Positions 39,367 through 54,409 are shown, numbered from the stretch's first letter. The stretch is 64,000 nt of DNA from Eledone cirrhosa (GCA_964016885.1 OZ024742.1:88226001-88290000), one strand, 5' to 3'. Notes: generated by a model not told the origin, from the letters alone. Translations and numbers: made by a program.

Positions 39367-42300
39367 TGGTGATGATTACTACGAAATACTATTTTCATCA
39401 TTTCTAAAAATAGCAAAACAATTGATGCTTTGGATAGGATCAATTAGTAGTCGTTAGACATGCTCAACCAACCGTGATGCCTAAACCAATCAGCTTTAGT
39501 AATCCAGTGAAACTACACACCGATTGGTCCAAATATAGTTTGCAAACTTAGCATTCTGGAGCCACTTTTCACTGTATATAAGGCACAAAATTTACCCATC
39601 TCATTACAGTTGAAAATTGCTAACTTGACTGTCACCACACCTTATGAACCTTAAGATTGCGAAAGCATGAAAGTACTTGTTTTATTAACACTTAACATTT
39701 AATATTCTGCCATACTATTTCATTCTAATACCATTATACATTTTAAAGGATTGTAAATAAAACGAGTAAATCAGACAAGGTTGGAATTCCTTTTATTAAT
39801 ATAATCTTCTATAAACAATCATACACGCCTGTGTATATTTATCTATATATATATATTCATATTGTGTAGATGCCAACATGTCTGGAAAGCAACAAATGAA
39901 ATCAACAGAATCAGAAAGAATTCTAAAGGAGATATCATCGAAATTATCAACACTTATCACAATCTTCTATTTTAAAGGAAATAGAAAAACAATCTAAAGA
40001 TGGAAAACTTATAACTGAACATATAAACTCTGAAATTAAGAATTTAGCTGAAATTATACCAACAGTTATCAAAGATACAAGAGAAAGCTTACCACAACGC
40101 CCGTGGATGTCAGAACTAAACTAAAGAAATTTGGAAAACAAAACACATCGAATAAGAAAAGAAATGTGGAAGACATGGAAAACATTTCTTAACATAAGAA
40201 AACAAAATTTCTGGAAAGCATACAAATGCGAAAAATATGTCGAAACACATTCGAAATGGCTCTCTCTAACGGCACCCATACTCCCTCGTAAATACCTAAT
40301 TACAGAAATTGCAGGAGAACCAGAAGAAGAAACAAAACTACGATGGGAACTTACATTGACAAACTTCAGGACCGAGATCTCCATTTCTCCATGTAAACAA
40401 TCCCGCTACAAATCCAAATATGAAGCTATCGATGACCAAATTGAAGTTGAAATTTCAAAGCTAACGACTGGTATTATAGCTCAAAAACTACGAGAACAAT
40501 GGATCAGAAATATCTCAAAAGAAGAAAACAAATCAAGAAAGGTATAGCAGCAGAAACAATTATTTCTCGACGAATATGCTGCAAATTACGGTAAAGAGTC
40601 TGGAACCCTGAGAAAAAGCATTAAACGTGGACAATTTCTCCAACACAACATACGCCAGACACGTGCCAACACAAACACTCACCTTAACATGAAAGAAGGA
40701 CTACGGTAATAACTCTTCGCTTTTTCTACAAAAACACCCTATCGCACACAACATGAACAAACAGCACAAACACGTTAGATATTCCTTTGACCAGACCATG
40801 AGAAGTAGTAAAACCAGGAGATCATTCTCAAGATCTCAACAGAGACTACTCACAAGGAACGGGGAAACAAAACGTAGAATAACCAGAACACTCTCAAGAT
40901 TTCAACAGAGATTACCCACAAGAAACTGGGCGAAAAAACGATCTAAACCTGAAAGCAAACCTAGATCATTTCCCCAGATTGTTAAAAATAATGCTAACAA
41001 GAAATGGGAATATAATATACATAATACCAAATATAGGACAAAATACATAACGAAACCAAATAAAATATCACGACCAAAAGTTCATCAAACAAACACCAAC
41101 AGGAATATAAATCCTGAACAGAGAAAAATCCATTTTTTAACGTCAGGACAACAAAAACCGGAAAAAGAAAAACTCCAGGAGGAAACATACCCAAAATAAC
41201 TGTACACGTAGATCCTAAAATAATTAATTTATCTAAAAGAGATCTTGACAATGATGAAATGCAAATTCTGTCAAAAGGACTGAAATTCACACAGACTCGA
41301 ACAATCAACCACCAAGAACTGAAGGAGGATACCCAAGAATTCTGTCGAAAATTACGTCTTGTAGAATTATTAGCTGATAAAAGTAATGAGAGTGAGGAAT
41401 CACTAGTAAAACATAAATCAAATTTCACTCCGCCAAAAGGATGAAATATCTATCTCGACCAATACATTGGCATCCTGTCAAATTTCCTCTCAGACGTAAT
41501 GCTAATGTTAGGCCAAACATTAGCAAATCAGAAACGTCTGCACTAAAACGTATACAAAATGATAAAACAATAATAATTAAACAAGCAGATAAAGGGGGTG
41601 CAGTTGTTATAATGGATGCTTAATACTACAAGGATTTGGTTGAGGAACAACTGAGAGACACAACATTCTATCATGAAATACCGTCAAATATCGACCACAA
41701 CATCATGAAGAAGGTCAACAACCTGGCTTCAAAATACCAGAACTCACTTACTGATAAGGAAAGAGACTACATCACCAATTTTGAGTCAAAACCCAGCAAC
41801 TTCTATGGCCTACCGAAAGTTCATAAGTCAAAAGAAATAGAACTGGCAGTAAGAGAACAAAACAGTGAGTACATTAAATTACTACACCCAAAAGACTTCA
41901 AACTTAGAACTATTATAGCTGGTCCAACATGCCCCACCCATCCTCTAAGCAATTCTGTTGACATTATTTTGAAACCACTATTTATTCACATACCCAGTTT
42001 CATCCGGGATGATATCGACTTCCTGTCCCATCTTCCAAAACCAAGGAAACGAATTCACTTCTAGTTAGTGTTGATGTGGTAAGCCTTTAAACCAACATTA
42101 CACACGATTTAGGAATAAAGGCGGTTAAATACTGGGTGGAAAAACATAGAAAAGTGATTCCCATCAGATTCACAGCGCCATTTATATTAGACGCAGTTAA
42201 ACTTATTCTAGAAAACAACACTTTCTTCTCCAATTGAAATAATTACATCCAAATTAGAGGCACAGCGATGGTAACGAAGTTTGCTCCCGTTTACGCGAAC

Positions 42301-43911
42301 TCTGTAATGGGATACTTAGAACAACAACTCTACTAAGAAATATAGGACAAATATAGTACTGACTTTAGAAAGTACATTGAAAAATCTTTTGAAGAGATAT
42401 CTTGACGACTTTTTCATCATCTAGACAGAATCTCTAGATACTCTGAATGAGTTCATATCCTCCTGAATAACCTACACCCATCTCTCCAATTCACAAAAGA
42501 GATGAGTAGGAACAAATTACCATTCCTAGATATAATGATAATCAAAAACGACACCACCATTACCACGGATATATATTATAAACACACAGACACCCATCAA
42601 TATCTGAATTTTAAGTCGTGCCATCCACCTCATACAAAAAGCCTAGCCAATAGAATTTGTACCATTGTATAATATACGAATACCAGGTACAAACGCCTAA
42701 CAGAACTAAGAGAATGTTTGCTCATACAAAAATACCCATCTCTACTTATAGAAAATGGCATACAGCGGGCTATAAAAATACCTATACAACAACATAGGAC
42801 AACCCAAGGAAGAAGAAACCAAGAACTGGCCATGCCATTTATAATGACACACAACCCATGTCACCAGAATATCTTCAACACTGCCAAAGCAAACCTACCG
42901 ATCATTGCTCAAAGTAATGAATTAAACGGCTTAATCACAGATCGATCTTTGATCTTAGTAAAAGACAGCCGAAACATTCGAAGCACTTATTAACAAAAGC
43001 AAAGTTTGACCTTAACAACAAAGACCAATCATTTACTGTATCGAAATGCAATGATAGTCGATGTGGCACATGTCAATCCATACACGCCGGTCAATATATG
43101 AAAACAAAAACTAGAAAAATATTCCAAAATGCATATATGAACTGCAAAATCAGAAATCTAATTTACTGCATTAAATGCCCGAATTGTGAAGATCTATATG
43201 TCGGTCGAACTGGAAATGCACTATCGGAACGTGCACGGGTACACCGACAGCAAATCAGAGACCCAAATGTCCGTCAGATACACCTAAGTAACCATCTAGC
43301 AACATGTGGTCAGGGAATATTTATAATATTACAATTCTACAAATTATACAGCCCAAGTGAAATCAAGAGAAAAATCAAAGAAAAGAATGTTATTGATAAA
43401 TTCAAACCCAAGCTAAATGAACAATAATAATGGAACATTACTCCTACTATGACTATGACTACGACCATGTCGACTACGACCACTAACAACAACAACAACA
43501 ATAATAATAAATGATGTTGATGGTGATGATTACTAGAAAATGCTATTTTCATCATTTCTAAAAATAGCAAAACAATTGATGCTTTGGATTAGATCAATTA
43601 GTAGTTGTTAGACATGCTCAACCAACCGTGATTCCTAAACCAATCAGCGTTAGTAATCCGGTGAAACTACACACCGATTGGTCGAAATACAGTTTGCAAG
43701 ATTTAGCATTCTGGAGCCACTTTTCACTGTATATAAGGCATAACATTTACCCATCTCATTACAGTTGAACATTCTGCCATACTATTTCATTCTAATAGCA
43801 TTATACATTTTAAAGGATTGTAAATAAAACGAGTAAATCAGACAAAGTTGGAATTCCTTTTATTACTATAATCTTCTATACACAATCATACACACCGTGT
43901 ATATTTTTATC
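39367..43911 (+). mobile_element. Near full-length Penelope-like element with direct pLTRs (39367-39843, 43521-43911)
   Basis: Direct terminal repeats flanking a decayed RT + GIY-YIG ORF. Confidence 0.92.
39896..43427 (+). pseudogene. PLE polyprotein (RT, Cys linker, GIY-YIG endonuclease), multiple stops and frameshifts
   Basis: LSKGLKF, KQADKGGAVVIMD, FYGLPKVHK, GTAM, RYLDD, CNDSRCGTC linker (Neptune-like, tentative), LIYCIKC..LYVGRT. Confidence 0.9.
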
Positions 43912-43941
43912 TCTCTCTCTCTCTCCATCTCTCTCTCTCCA

Positions 43942-44015
<74 letters not shown>

Positions 44016-44217
44016 TGTGTGTATGTATATATTTAATATATAAACTAAAACTTCGATATCCTTAGCACCTTTTTAATTAGAAAGTAAATTTTGCCAATAT
44101 GCACATTAGTACTGAATACTCATTCGATTATTGTTGTGTCTTTTAAATACTATATTATTTTAAACACACACACATACACGCGCACACACACATACACATA
44201 CAAGTATATATATATAC

Positions 44218-45774
44218 AAAATTATGATAAATTAAATGAATTTAATCCAAATCAAAATTGTGGGTGTCATGTCATAACGGCATGCGCCATATCGCCTGGA
44301 AAATAAGCTCAAAGATAAATCCGAGCATTTTATAATAACTAGAAATTGATTAACATATAAATATACATGAATAATCACAGGAGATAATTTTTACACGCGT
44401 GTACCCACACATAGCTAGTTTAGGTAATAATTAAATTCATACCTTTAAGTATGATTAACCTTCCTTGTATATATCCCATTAAAGAAATATATTTCACGAA
44501 TTAATCAGATGGTAAGTCACGGAAAGTGGATATTATTGGATTGTCAACAAGGAAGAATAATAATGTCCAACTATCCATCCTTACACAACGAGTTTAAATC
44601 CTCATCTGGCCGCTACCACGTGTTGTGTCTACACATGATAGCAGCTTCGTTTCAGTGGCGTGAATAGGTATTCGACAACTAGAAATAGCAGTCAAATTCT
44701 CTTCAACAGAAATAGCTCTACAATTAAGGAGCCGTATATATATATATATATATCAAAAATTAAGATAAATTAAATGAATTTAATCTAAATCGAAACTGTG
44801 GGTGTCATGTCATAACGGCATGCGCCATATCGCCTGGAATATCAGCTCAAAGATAAATCCGAGCATTTTATAATAACTAGAAATTGATTAACATATAAAT
44901 ATACATGAATAATCACAGGAGATCATTTTTACACGCGTGTAACCACGCATAGCTAGTTTGGGTAATAATTAAATTTATACCTTTAAGTATGATTAACCTT
45001 CCTTGTATATATCCCATTAAAGAAATATATTTCACCAATTAATCAGATGGTAAGTCACGGAAAGTGGATATTATTGGATTGTCAACAAGGAATAATGGGA
45101 TATATACAAGGAAGGTTAATCATACTTAAAGGTATAAATTTAATTATTACCCAAACTAGCTATGCGAGGTTACACGTGTGTAAAAATTATCTCCTGGGAT
45201 TATTCATGTATATTTATAGGTTAATCAATTTCTAGTTATTATAAAATGCTCGGATTTATCTTTGAGCTTATTTTCCAGGCGATATGCCGCATGTCGTTAT
45301 GGCATGACACCCACAATTTCGATTTGGATTAAATTCATTTAATTTATCTTAATTTTGGATATAGATATATATACGGCTCCTTAATTGTAGAGCTATTTCT
45401 GTTGAAGAGAATTTGACTGCTATTTCTAGTTGTCGAATACCTATTCACGCCACTGAAACGAAGCTGCTGTCATGTGTAGACACAACACGTGGTAGCGGCC
45501 AGATAAGGATTTAAACTCGTTGTGTAAGGATGGATAGCTGGACATTATTCTTCTTCCTTGTTGACAATCAAATAATATCCACTTTCTGTGACTTACCATC
45601 TGATTAATTGGTGAAATATATTTCTTTAATGGGATATATACAAGGAAGGTTAATCATACTTAAAGGTATAAACTAATTTAATTATTACCCAAACTAGCTA
45701 TGCGTGGTTACACGCGTGTAAAAATTATCTCCTGTGATTATTCATGTATATTTATATGTTAGTCAATTTCTAGT

Positions 45775-45778
<4 letters not shown>
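44218..45778. mobile_element. HHR tandem array E (538-bp unit), fold-back junction at 45092/45093
   Basis: Unit repeats at 44226/44764, inverted from 45093. TA-rich flanks. Confidence 0.88.
45553..45648 (+). ncRNA. Hammerhead ribozyme family E, U3-A8 variant with long stems II and III (also - 44460-44555, 44998-45092)
   Basis: CTTCCTTG-TTGACAA-tC(C/A)AAT..ATTGGt-GAA-ATATATTTCtttaatGGGATATAT-A-CAAGGAAG. Confidence 0.75.
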
Positions 45779-45842
<64 letters not shown>

Positions 45843-46263
45843 GTGTATGTATATATATGGGTGTGTGCAAGTTAATCGAGAGACCGAGTGGACGAATTTC
45901 GATATGGATTCGCTGAACATTGAACATTCGCATGTTAACTTAAGGTACTAAAAATGAGATTCATCAAAGCAAGAATATTTTTTGGGAATTCAGGCTAAAC
46001 TTATTCTTCCCAGGTATGTATACTAAAGGGAACAGAAATATATTATTTTTTTCTATGCATCGCAATGATGAGAAAATCACAATATCTAGAATAAGAGTAA
46101 TGGAAAAACAGAAATGTCAGAAAGATCGAGGGGAAAAGACCATCAAAATGTGCACAATGAAATGGGAAATGACTCGTGCGACTCTAAACTGATTTGACGT
46201 ATTCTACTGACTATCCCCAAGAAATATCTCCCACCGTGATGCTCTTGCAGAAAGCTGGAATTA

Positions 46264-46500
46264 TGTCCTCATCAACAAGCGTGCAACACACCCACAGTCG
46301 TTTATGAAGCTGAGGTTACAAGCTTTTGGCCTAATCGACAGCAGGAGGTGAAATCATATGTAAGTATGTCAGAGAACCGATTTAAAGAAAACTTCCTTAA
46401 TCTTTAGACAACCTTTAGACACACTGATAAGCGATTGGTTATATTATTATCCTCACGGAGTGGACATCCTAACCTGTCCTTGCACATGGAAATTAATTTC
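46264..46500 (+). pseudogene. PLE GIY-YIG relic
   Basis: Hand translation: CPHQQACNTPTVVYEAEVTS..KSYVSMSENRFKE. Confidence 0.6.
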
Positions 46501-47384
46501 ATGTTGCTTCAATGAACTCTGCTCAAAATATGAGTATCTTCACAAGCGGATTTATACTTGCGAAGAACTAGCATCTCTTCAAGAAAGAAATAAGTTTATA
46601 CTATAATGAAACCGGAATAATCATCTTCAATCACTGTTCAACCTCTACGTTTGAGAGTCTTCAAATTTAATATTCACAGCTATACCTGTTTATATGAAAT
46701 ATTGTATATGGCTTATCATTTTATATTGATTTAACTGCCATACTTGAAAGATATAAATACTTGAACTTAAATAGAAATACAATTTATAAATATGAATGTA
46801 CTCAATGCACATCGTCAAGATGATTGAACTAAGAGTTTTAAAAAAATACATATAAATAAACCTAAATTTGCTTTACTCGTCTATGTATTTGTAATAGTAA
46901 TTCTCTTATTAATATAGTTCAATGTTTCCGCTTTGAAGCATTAAAGAAAAAAGATTCATCTCGTTTAAGATATTTTTCCGACGATCCTGTGCAACAAAGG
47001 ATTGCTTGACGTCATCACTTTTATTATATTCGATGTAATTCAATATTATTTGTTGTGCTCTGAATAGTAGTAAATATCGTATTGGGTACCGTGCAGCTGT
47101 TTTTCTTTGGTTTTGGTTTTCTTTTAGTATATTTGTGTTAATTTATTCTTTTTGATGTATCGGATGTATTTCGATCGTATTCGTTATGATTTCTATTTGT
47201 ATTTTAAGAATAAGCTACTTTAGTTCGGTACGTTTTTGTGCATCGTAGTATACATATTTTAGGAGTCGCACTGAAATCAGCGTCGTTAAGATATACGTTA
47301 AATGGTTTAGGGCAAATAAAATAGTGTTACTAATTCACTTCTTGGTAATATGTTTGATTTATTACCAATAATATTATTTTAGCC

Positions 47385-47576
47385 TTTGGTGGATTGGCAG
47401 TATCGGCAGAAGGTCGGCCACCGTGCTTTCTAACAGAGAGTTACATCCATTTACAGTCTGAATTCAAATACCACTCAGGTTAACTTTCCCTTTCATCCTT
47501 ACTTGGTCGATAATATAAAGTACCAGTAATGCACTGGGATAATTGCTGACATTGTGCCAAAGTATAAGCAATATCA
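47385..47576 (+). mobile_element. Diverged tRNA/Nin-domain SINE
   Basis: GGCAGTATCGG..CTTTCATCCTTAC..GTCGATAA..AAGTACCAGT. Confidence 0.8.
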
Positions 47577-48584
47577 TTTTAGCATTTGATATACCCCGTG
47601 TAAAATGGAGTATACAATGTTAATTTCCTGCGATTGCTGTGATTGTTTTATTGATTAGCTTCAGGTCTACCTTAACTGAGCAGGCGTAGGATGAAACACA
47701 TTGCAGCCCTGGTTATTTCCTTATTAAAACAGGCAATGCCTATTTAAAATAATTTTTATATTTCATTTTCGCTTTTGAAGATGAGTAATAATTTCAGCGT
47801 AATAACATTAGTTCCAGGGAGTAATTAAATATAGAGATAAATGGAAATAGAAACATGTGGAGGGGGATCATCTAGAACCCATTGACACCGAGTTACTAAC
47901 CATATAATTTGAGGAAAGTTATCATCTTTAAGTGTAGACAAGCACCAAAGATGTCTGCCTTTCTGTTACTTATTTGCCTTCCTCCTCTGAGTGTATTAAG
48001 TGTCTCACTGAAACAGGTTACAAATGCCGTGGCCCATCCGTCTAGCCGTACCTCCAGATGCTTAGACCAAACCAAAGATTAGGTAGTCTTATTTAACTTA
48101 AGCTTATAGATCAGACTGTTCATTTATCCTAATAAATGTGTGGCGATGATTATGCCATTTGTCCTTGTAGCTTGTTGACAAAGCCCCTATTTTGCATGTA
48201 CGTCGAGTTTGGTGTAGTTACCTCGTACAGGTAAACTCGAATGGTTAGCTAATAATACTAGGAATGCCCATTCTTCTCCCCGCGGGAACATTTATACATT
48301 TTTAGCATATATTAAATCTCTGTCTGACAATCGATTTTGAGATATATATTAGGCGTAGGTAATTTTAGCATGCCATAGCCAATTTTGGGGTTTCTGCTTC
48401 TGTTTCTGTACCATTTACCTTTACTTTTTCTCTCGTGTTCTACTCTTTATTTATTTAAAGGTCATCAAACTATATTCAAACTTAAATTTATTTTATATTA
48501 TAATATTTCTATATATCAATCTTGATTTTCACTTAACATATATTGCACTACATAGTGGCTAGCCTGTTTATATCACATTATCAC

Positions 48585-48770
48585 TCGGTGAATTGGCAGT
48601 ATTGTTAGAGGGTCAGACACACTTTTCAGCGTGGTTACGTTCCTTTACGATCTGAGTTCAAATCCCGCCGAGGTTAACTGTGCATTTCATCCATAGGGGG
48701 TCGATAACATTAAGTACCAGTAATACACTGGTGTATTGCTGGCCTTGTACCAAAAGTAAAAACAATTATC
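48585..48770 (+). mobile_element. tRNA/Nin-domain SINE
   Basis: GAGTTCAAATCCCGCCGAGGTTAAC..GGGGTCGATAA. Confidence 0.83.
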
Positions 48771-49406
48771 ACGACTACACTACAACTGTTGTCACCGATA
48801 CCGAACAACACAATTCCCTCCCATTTAACTGAGGTGGCGACAATACATTCTTGACTGTTATTGTTGTTGCTGTTGACAAATTCGCCTCCCACCACATTCT
48901 AAGGTTGACTATTATATAATCACCTACTGCTAAAGCATCTGAAATTGAGCAGATTCCTGTAAAACTGGACGGGCTATCTCAGACCATGGTGCCAGGATTT
49001 CAGAATGGCTCGGAGGATATGGTGGTGATCTATCTTTGACTAGTAGCTAGGGGTATTTTATAACCGTAAGTTGCTTATTCTAAGCCATGGCACTGGCGTT
49101 TTGAGAAAGTACCACCAAGAATCAGCCCACGAAATAGTAATGAATTGAAACAGCACGTGTAATTAATTTTGTCGTTCGTGTCATCCTATTTTTATTCATG
49201 TAACTGTTCAATTAATACCTCTCGTAACTGTTGCGAAACGTTTAGCATCGAAATATAGTGTAACGAAGAAATGAGGTAAAATCTAACTTTTGACTTATAC
49301 TTCGAGGGTACGCGGACATACATGTACAATTCGTTGAATGTTCTATCCCACATACACTTGTGTCGGTGATTTACATAGCCATATGGTACCAATACACACC
49401 CACACA

Positions 49407-49494
<88 letters not shown>

Positions 49495-49530
49495 CATATA
49501 ATATTAATAAATGGAATACGGTAACTCATT

Positions 49531-49566
<36 letters not shown>

Positions 49567-49570
<4 letters not shown>

Positions 49571-49862
49571 GGAAAAGAATGAAACAAAATTTCATTTCCC
49601 ACTCTTAGTACGGCTGGTACTTAAATGTAAGTATGTATTTATACGTACATACATATATATGTATACACCCGCACAGTAGTATGTATATATATACATACAT
49701 GCACACATATATATATGTACGTATGTGTTTACCGAACATTTATTATAATGCTCGGTTTGTTTGTAAACAACAAACAGCCCGATTTACGCCGTACATTGTT
49801 CAGGCAACAATCGTCACCTTTTTGTTCAACAAATATGCATATATCTATACATACATACTTAC

Positions 49863-49866
<4 letters not shown>
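49567..49866 (-). repeat. Truncated unit of array family C/D lacking the HHR
   Basis: GAAACAAAATTTCATTTCCCACTCTTAGTACGG...CACCTTTTTGTTCAAC, between (TA)n tracts. Confidence 0.8.
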
Positions 49867-49946
<80 letters not shown>

Positions 49947-50038
49947 GTGTGTGTATTTAAAAGGTAAAGAGAAATAACACAATCGGTACAGTGTGTGAAT
50001 GGGATTTATTAGATTAACGCTTGAAATAGCAGGAACGG

Positions 50039-50074
50039 TCTTAACGTTTTGGATGCTAGTCCTTCACCAGAAGA
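50039..50074 (-). ncRNA. Decayed hammerhead motif in PLE pLTR remnant
   Basis: TCTT-CTGgTGA-aGGActagcaTCC-aAA-ACGT-T-AAGA, with two core substitutions. Confidence 0.5.
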
Positions 50075-50180
50075 AAGAATGAGAAATTAGAAAGATTGAA
50101 GGGACGGGAAGGGCGGAATCGGAAAAAATATTTCTAGAGTACAATTACAGGACCATTCATGTTGTTATCTCTTGGAAAAA

Positions 50181-50219
<39 letters not shown>

Positions 50220-50339
50220 TAAGTAATTCTGTAAATTACTGGTGGGGGTACCAAAACAAGCACGCATATATATAAGAACGATAAAGTTTCGTTTACTTGC
50301 ATTTAGAAGTTTATAGTGTATCGGCCTATTACGATCGTT

Positions 50340-50790
50340 TTGAGGAGGATTTGCTTTTGGTCACCAAAAGCTGTCGTGGACCCGACTCCATTATCGATCT
50401 ATAGAAGATGCCAGATTGAACAATCCTTTCGAGACTAAGTAGTAACTTAACCACTACAATGCTCGTCTATTCATCAATCTCCACCGTTCAATCGACCCAG
50501 TGAAATGATCGTAAAACAATGAACTATGTACCTACACTTGTCTAGTGCATTTTATTGTTCTATGAGCAAACACATCTGAAGCCTAGTGTCATGAACAAAT
50601 TATTTCAAGTCCAAACAGGGTTTCCTCTTCAAGTTCAACTCCTTTGAGTCTAATGCACTTATCCATCCTTCTCTCCACATTGTCTCATCACTGTACATTT
50701 GCTGCAGTGCATCTGAGGTTGTTTTCCCTAGAAACATGATGGTTTCATGTTCTATACTCATTACTTGATGCCGAAAATTTGAGTAGCATG
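50340..50790 (-). pseudogene. Mariner transposase relic
   Basis: FLGKTTSDALQQMYSDETM (HTH-like) and a frameshifted WVPRQL-like motif near 50375. Confidence 0.55.
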
Positions 50791-50986
50791 CAAAAAAATA
50801 TACAATGGCTGCAGAGTCCTGCGATCGCAATCATATAGTCGCCGGATATTATATCACACTTTGACGCAACCTGCTAATCCCTACTTAACTCATAGCTCAC
50901 ACAGAACACTAAGTCCTGTAACTTTTCTGACACACCTTGCTTGTAGATACAAATATATATATGTGTGTGTATGTGTGTGTCTCTGC

Positions 50987-51103
<117 letters not shown>

Positions 51104-51219
51104 TGTGTGTGCGTGTCTCTGTGCTTGTACAGAAACCAGGGTAGTGATGGGGGTGACAGAAGGCTGAGTAGCTGTGTTTGGATTCAATACAAGGAAAATG
51201 GTTATTCAGAGTGTGTGAG

Positions 51220-51286
<67 letters not shown>

Positions 51287-51290
<4 letters not shown>

Positions 51291-52071
51291 TGTTATACTT
51301 TGGGATGGTCATGTTGCCAATAAGAAACACACGCACCAGTTGCTTTCACTTCAATTTATTATATACTTATATATTTACAAATTCATAAATTTATAAATTT
51401 CTGGTTGGTTGGTTGGTTCCACAACCAGATAGTTGTTTATATATAGTCATAGTCCTTTCGTCACACACTCCGTGACCTCTTCAGTGACTGAGGATTCCTT
51501 TCTTTGTTTCTGTGCCTTTCCTATGTTCTGTCCTACGCCATTTTGTTTCTGTGTGTGTGTTGTGTGCTCAGTTTGCGCATGCGCCACATCCGGGTGTCTG
51601 TGTGTGTTTATGTTCATTTATCTATTTGTTTATTTATTTATATATTTACATGTTATAGGTTGGTTGTTTGTTCGATGTGTGTGTGTGTTTTCATTTTGTC
51701 CTTAATTGTAAGTTGTGATGTTGCTGTTCCACTCATATTTTCTATTTAATTTTGGTTGTAATTCTTTCATGTTTATTGCCTCTGTAATTTGTCTAGACAT
51801 TGCATCTTTTCTGTGTGTAGATTCTATTTTTATTTCTATGTTCTCTAATTTACCCTTGTGTTCTATCTTAGCATGTTGGTAGAGTACAGATGATTCTTTA
51901 TTATCTTGAAGGTCTCGCCAGTGTTCATTTATCCGTTCCCCTATACTACGAGCTGTCTCACCTATGTACACTATATTTTTGTTTCTACATTGTCCTTCAG
52001 TACATCTTATGCAATATCGGTTTCAACACACGATTTCAGATAAAGAATCTTGCTAAACAAATTCAGAAACG

Positions 52072-52074
<3 letters not shown>
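51287..52074 (-). mobile_element. 5'-truncated PLE (same family as 14608-17000): GIY-YIG C-terminus, pLTR, inverted tail of about 60 nt
   Basis: YIGETARSIGERINEH..RQITEAI. Highly similar to 14612-15318. Confidence 0.88.
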
Positions 52075-52109
<35 letters not shown>

Positions 52110-53323
52110 CAAGAAAGAAGAACGTCATGGTTCGCTATACAATAAGGGCTTTATTCACATTGTTGACAATTGTTTCTTTGATCTGGCAGGTCTAGAGGTT
52201 CGTTACACGCCTGATTTTGTGCCAATCGATTTCCAATACTTTGTTTATAACCAGTCTGTTTCATCGGAGTTGGTGAAATGAAGAAAATACATAAGGCATC
52301 GTTTTTATATAAGTGTGGTATTAAACGAGAACAATAATATCAATAATAAAATAAAATAACTAGATAGCATACACTTAAAATAATAACATCAATGTAAGAG
52401 ATAGAGTATAATGGAGAATCTAGCATGTTAAACAGACTGATATGATACAGATGTATGGAATTAACGTGTGAACACTGCTATAGGGTACATTAGATATAGT
52501 GATAGGGTAGAAACTAAATAACAGTAGCCACTAAGATGTACTTGGAGACAGAATTTATGAGGTATCCACTGTTCTGTACGTATTCTATCAATAAACCGGA
52601 GATTTACTTTTTATTTTTTTATTATTTGACAGATAAACATTTTCGTTTGATTAATTTAGTGATGATTTTAGTTTTTATGTGGTGCTAAATAGAGTTGTAG
52701 ATTCGTTATTTAAGTGGCCTATACTAAAGGTAGAGATTGTTAGTTCGAATCGTGGGGGTTTAGCTTTCACAGCATCAATAACAAATCGTGTATAAATAAC
52801 AGAAGGTAGTAAAGTAGTGAAATGTGCATGGTCGGTATATAGACCATGATGAATAAGATTAGGGCTATATTGAGATTTTCATAATAATAATAAGAATAAT
52901 AAGAGGAAAGTGAGATTTCAAGGGGTGTATGAGTAATAAAATAATGCACTTAGAATTAGATTCATCTGTTAGAAATCGTGAGTGCTAATGAGAGATATAA
53001 ATCCTTGGTCCGAAGTAGTGGGTAACAGCGAAGGTAGTGTTGATTTATGGGCTGATAAGATAGTTGTAGACATCTTCCAGTGGGATAGAATTAGGGAGGC
53101 TATAAGTTATTTCCAGAAGATTATAGTTCCGTATTGTGCTGTGTGAGAAGGTGGATTTCATATGTTATAAGCTAAGTTGTATTGGTTCGAATCACGGTGG
53201 TTTAAATCTCGCGAATTTTGTAGCAATCCTATGTCTGCACAAAATTGACCTTTCTATTTGAGTAGCATGTTATCGTTCCTTAAAATATGCAGCAATTCAA
53301 GGTTGCAGAGCCCGCAGTAGGAC

Positions 53324-53447
<124 letters not shown>

Positions 53448-54409
53448 GATTTCTTTATTAACCACAAGGGTTTACATAAAGTAGACATTAAGGACAGTGC
53501 AGGACAATGCAGGACGGTACAAATGGGCATTTCTGCGTGTAAAAAAACAAAAACAGAGGATGTAACAAAAATAACAATGAAAATAACAATGAAAAATTCC
53601 CCAATAGGGGGGGAGACTTCGGAGGGACATTTGTGGAGAAAGCCCAGTAAAAAGCCACAATGACCCTGACCACCAAGGCAAGTGCCCTCTCCCAGTTTTC
53701 CACCTTTAGTTTACAGATATATACTCAGAGTCGGCCCATTCACTCGGGCCATTCTTGCTTCTCTCACCCATCTTTCAACAAAATGCTGGGAAGAGAGCAC
53801 TTCCTTCTCTACTCTGATTTTCCTTTTCAAATGAAATTTGAAAAAGTCAATCAGAGCATCACCGAAGAGGTAAGTGCTCGTCTTCAGCCCTTTCAAACGT
53901 GTCCACCATACTATCTCTTTCGCCATGGCCACCAGACAGATAAAAACTGCCTGCCCTTCCCGGCTAAAGGAGGAGGGCGGGGCAATCCTCACGATAGACT
54001 CAGATGATAGCTGGATCCGTCCTAAACGCGACAGCAGGTGTTCGACATAAACCCACAAGTCAGCAATTTTCGGACACTGGACGAGTGCGTGCAGGACGGT
54101 TTCGTCGCCCTGCGCGCATCTCGGACATGCCCGGCTGACGGCACCTCCATGCCTGTAGAGTTTATCCCGAACTGGCAAGGCTCCTCGGTAGCACTGCCAG
54201 GCCAGAGATTTCTGGAAGTTGTCCATAGGCCCTGGCCCGAAAGTTCTTCCGAAGAGATTGGCTAGTTGATTTTCGTCGACGCTTAGAGTTTCCCCAAGTA
54301 CGTCGTCGCTCTTCCCCTCCACTAATCCTCTATAGAACGCCGAGGTGGAGTTTCCACCGATCACATTGCCCGATTGGTCGAGGGCTGTGAGCGCCTGAAG
54401 ACATTCCAG
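53448..54409 (-). mobile_element. Tx1-clade LINE copy 3, 5'-truncated
   Basis: ORF2 C-terminus with CPRC..HALVQC and 3' UTR. (AAT)n on both sides. Confidence 0.92.

Noticed and set aside
47820-49130. GC-richer stretches that might be coding relics
   Set aside because: No recognisable motif or sustained reading frame.
52700-53280. Possible APE-like LINE relic on the minus strand
   Set aside because: Too decayed to assign by eye.
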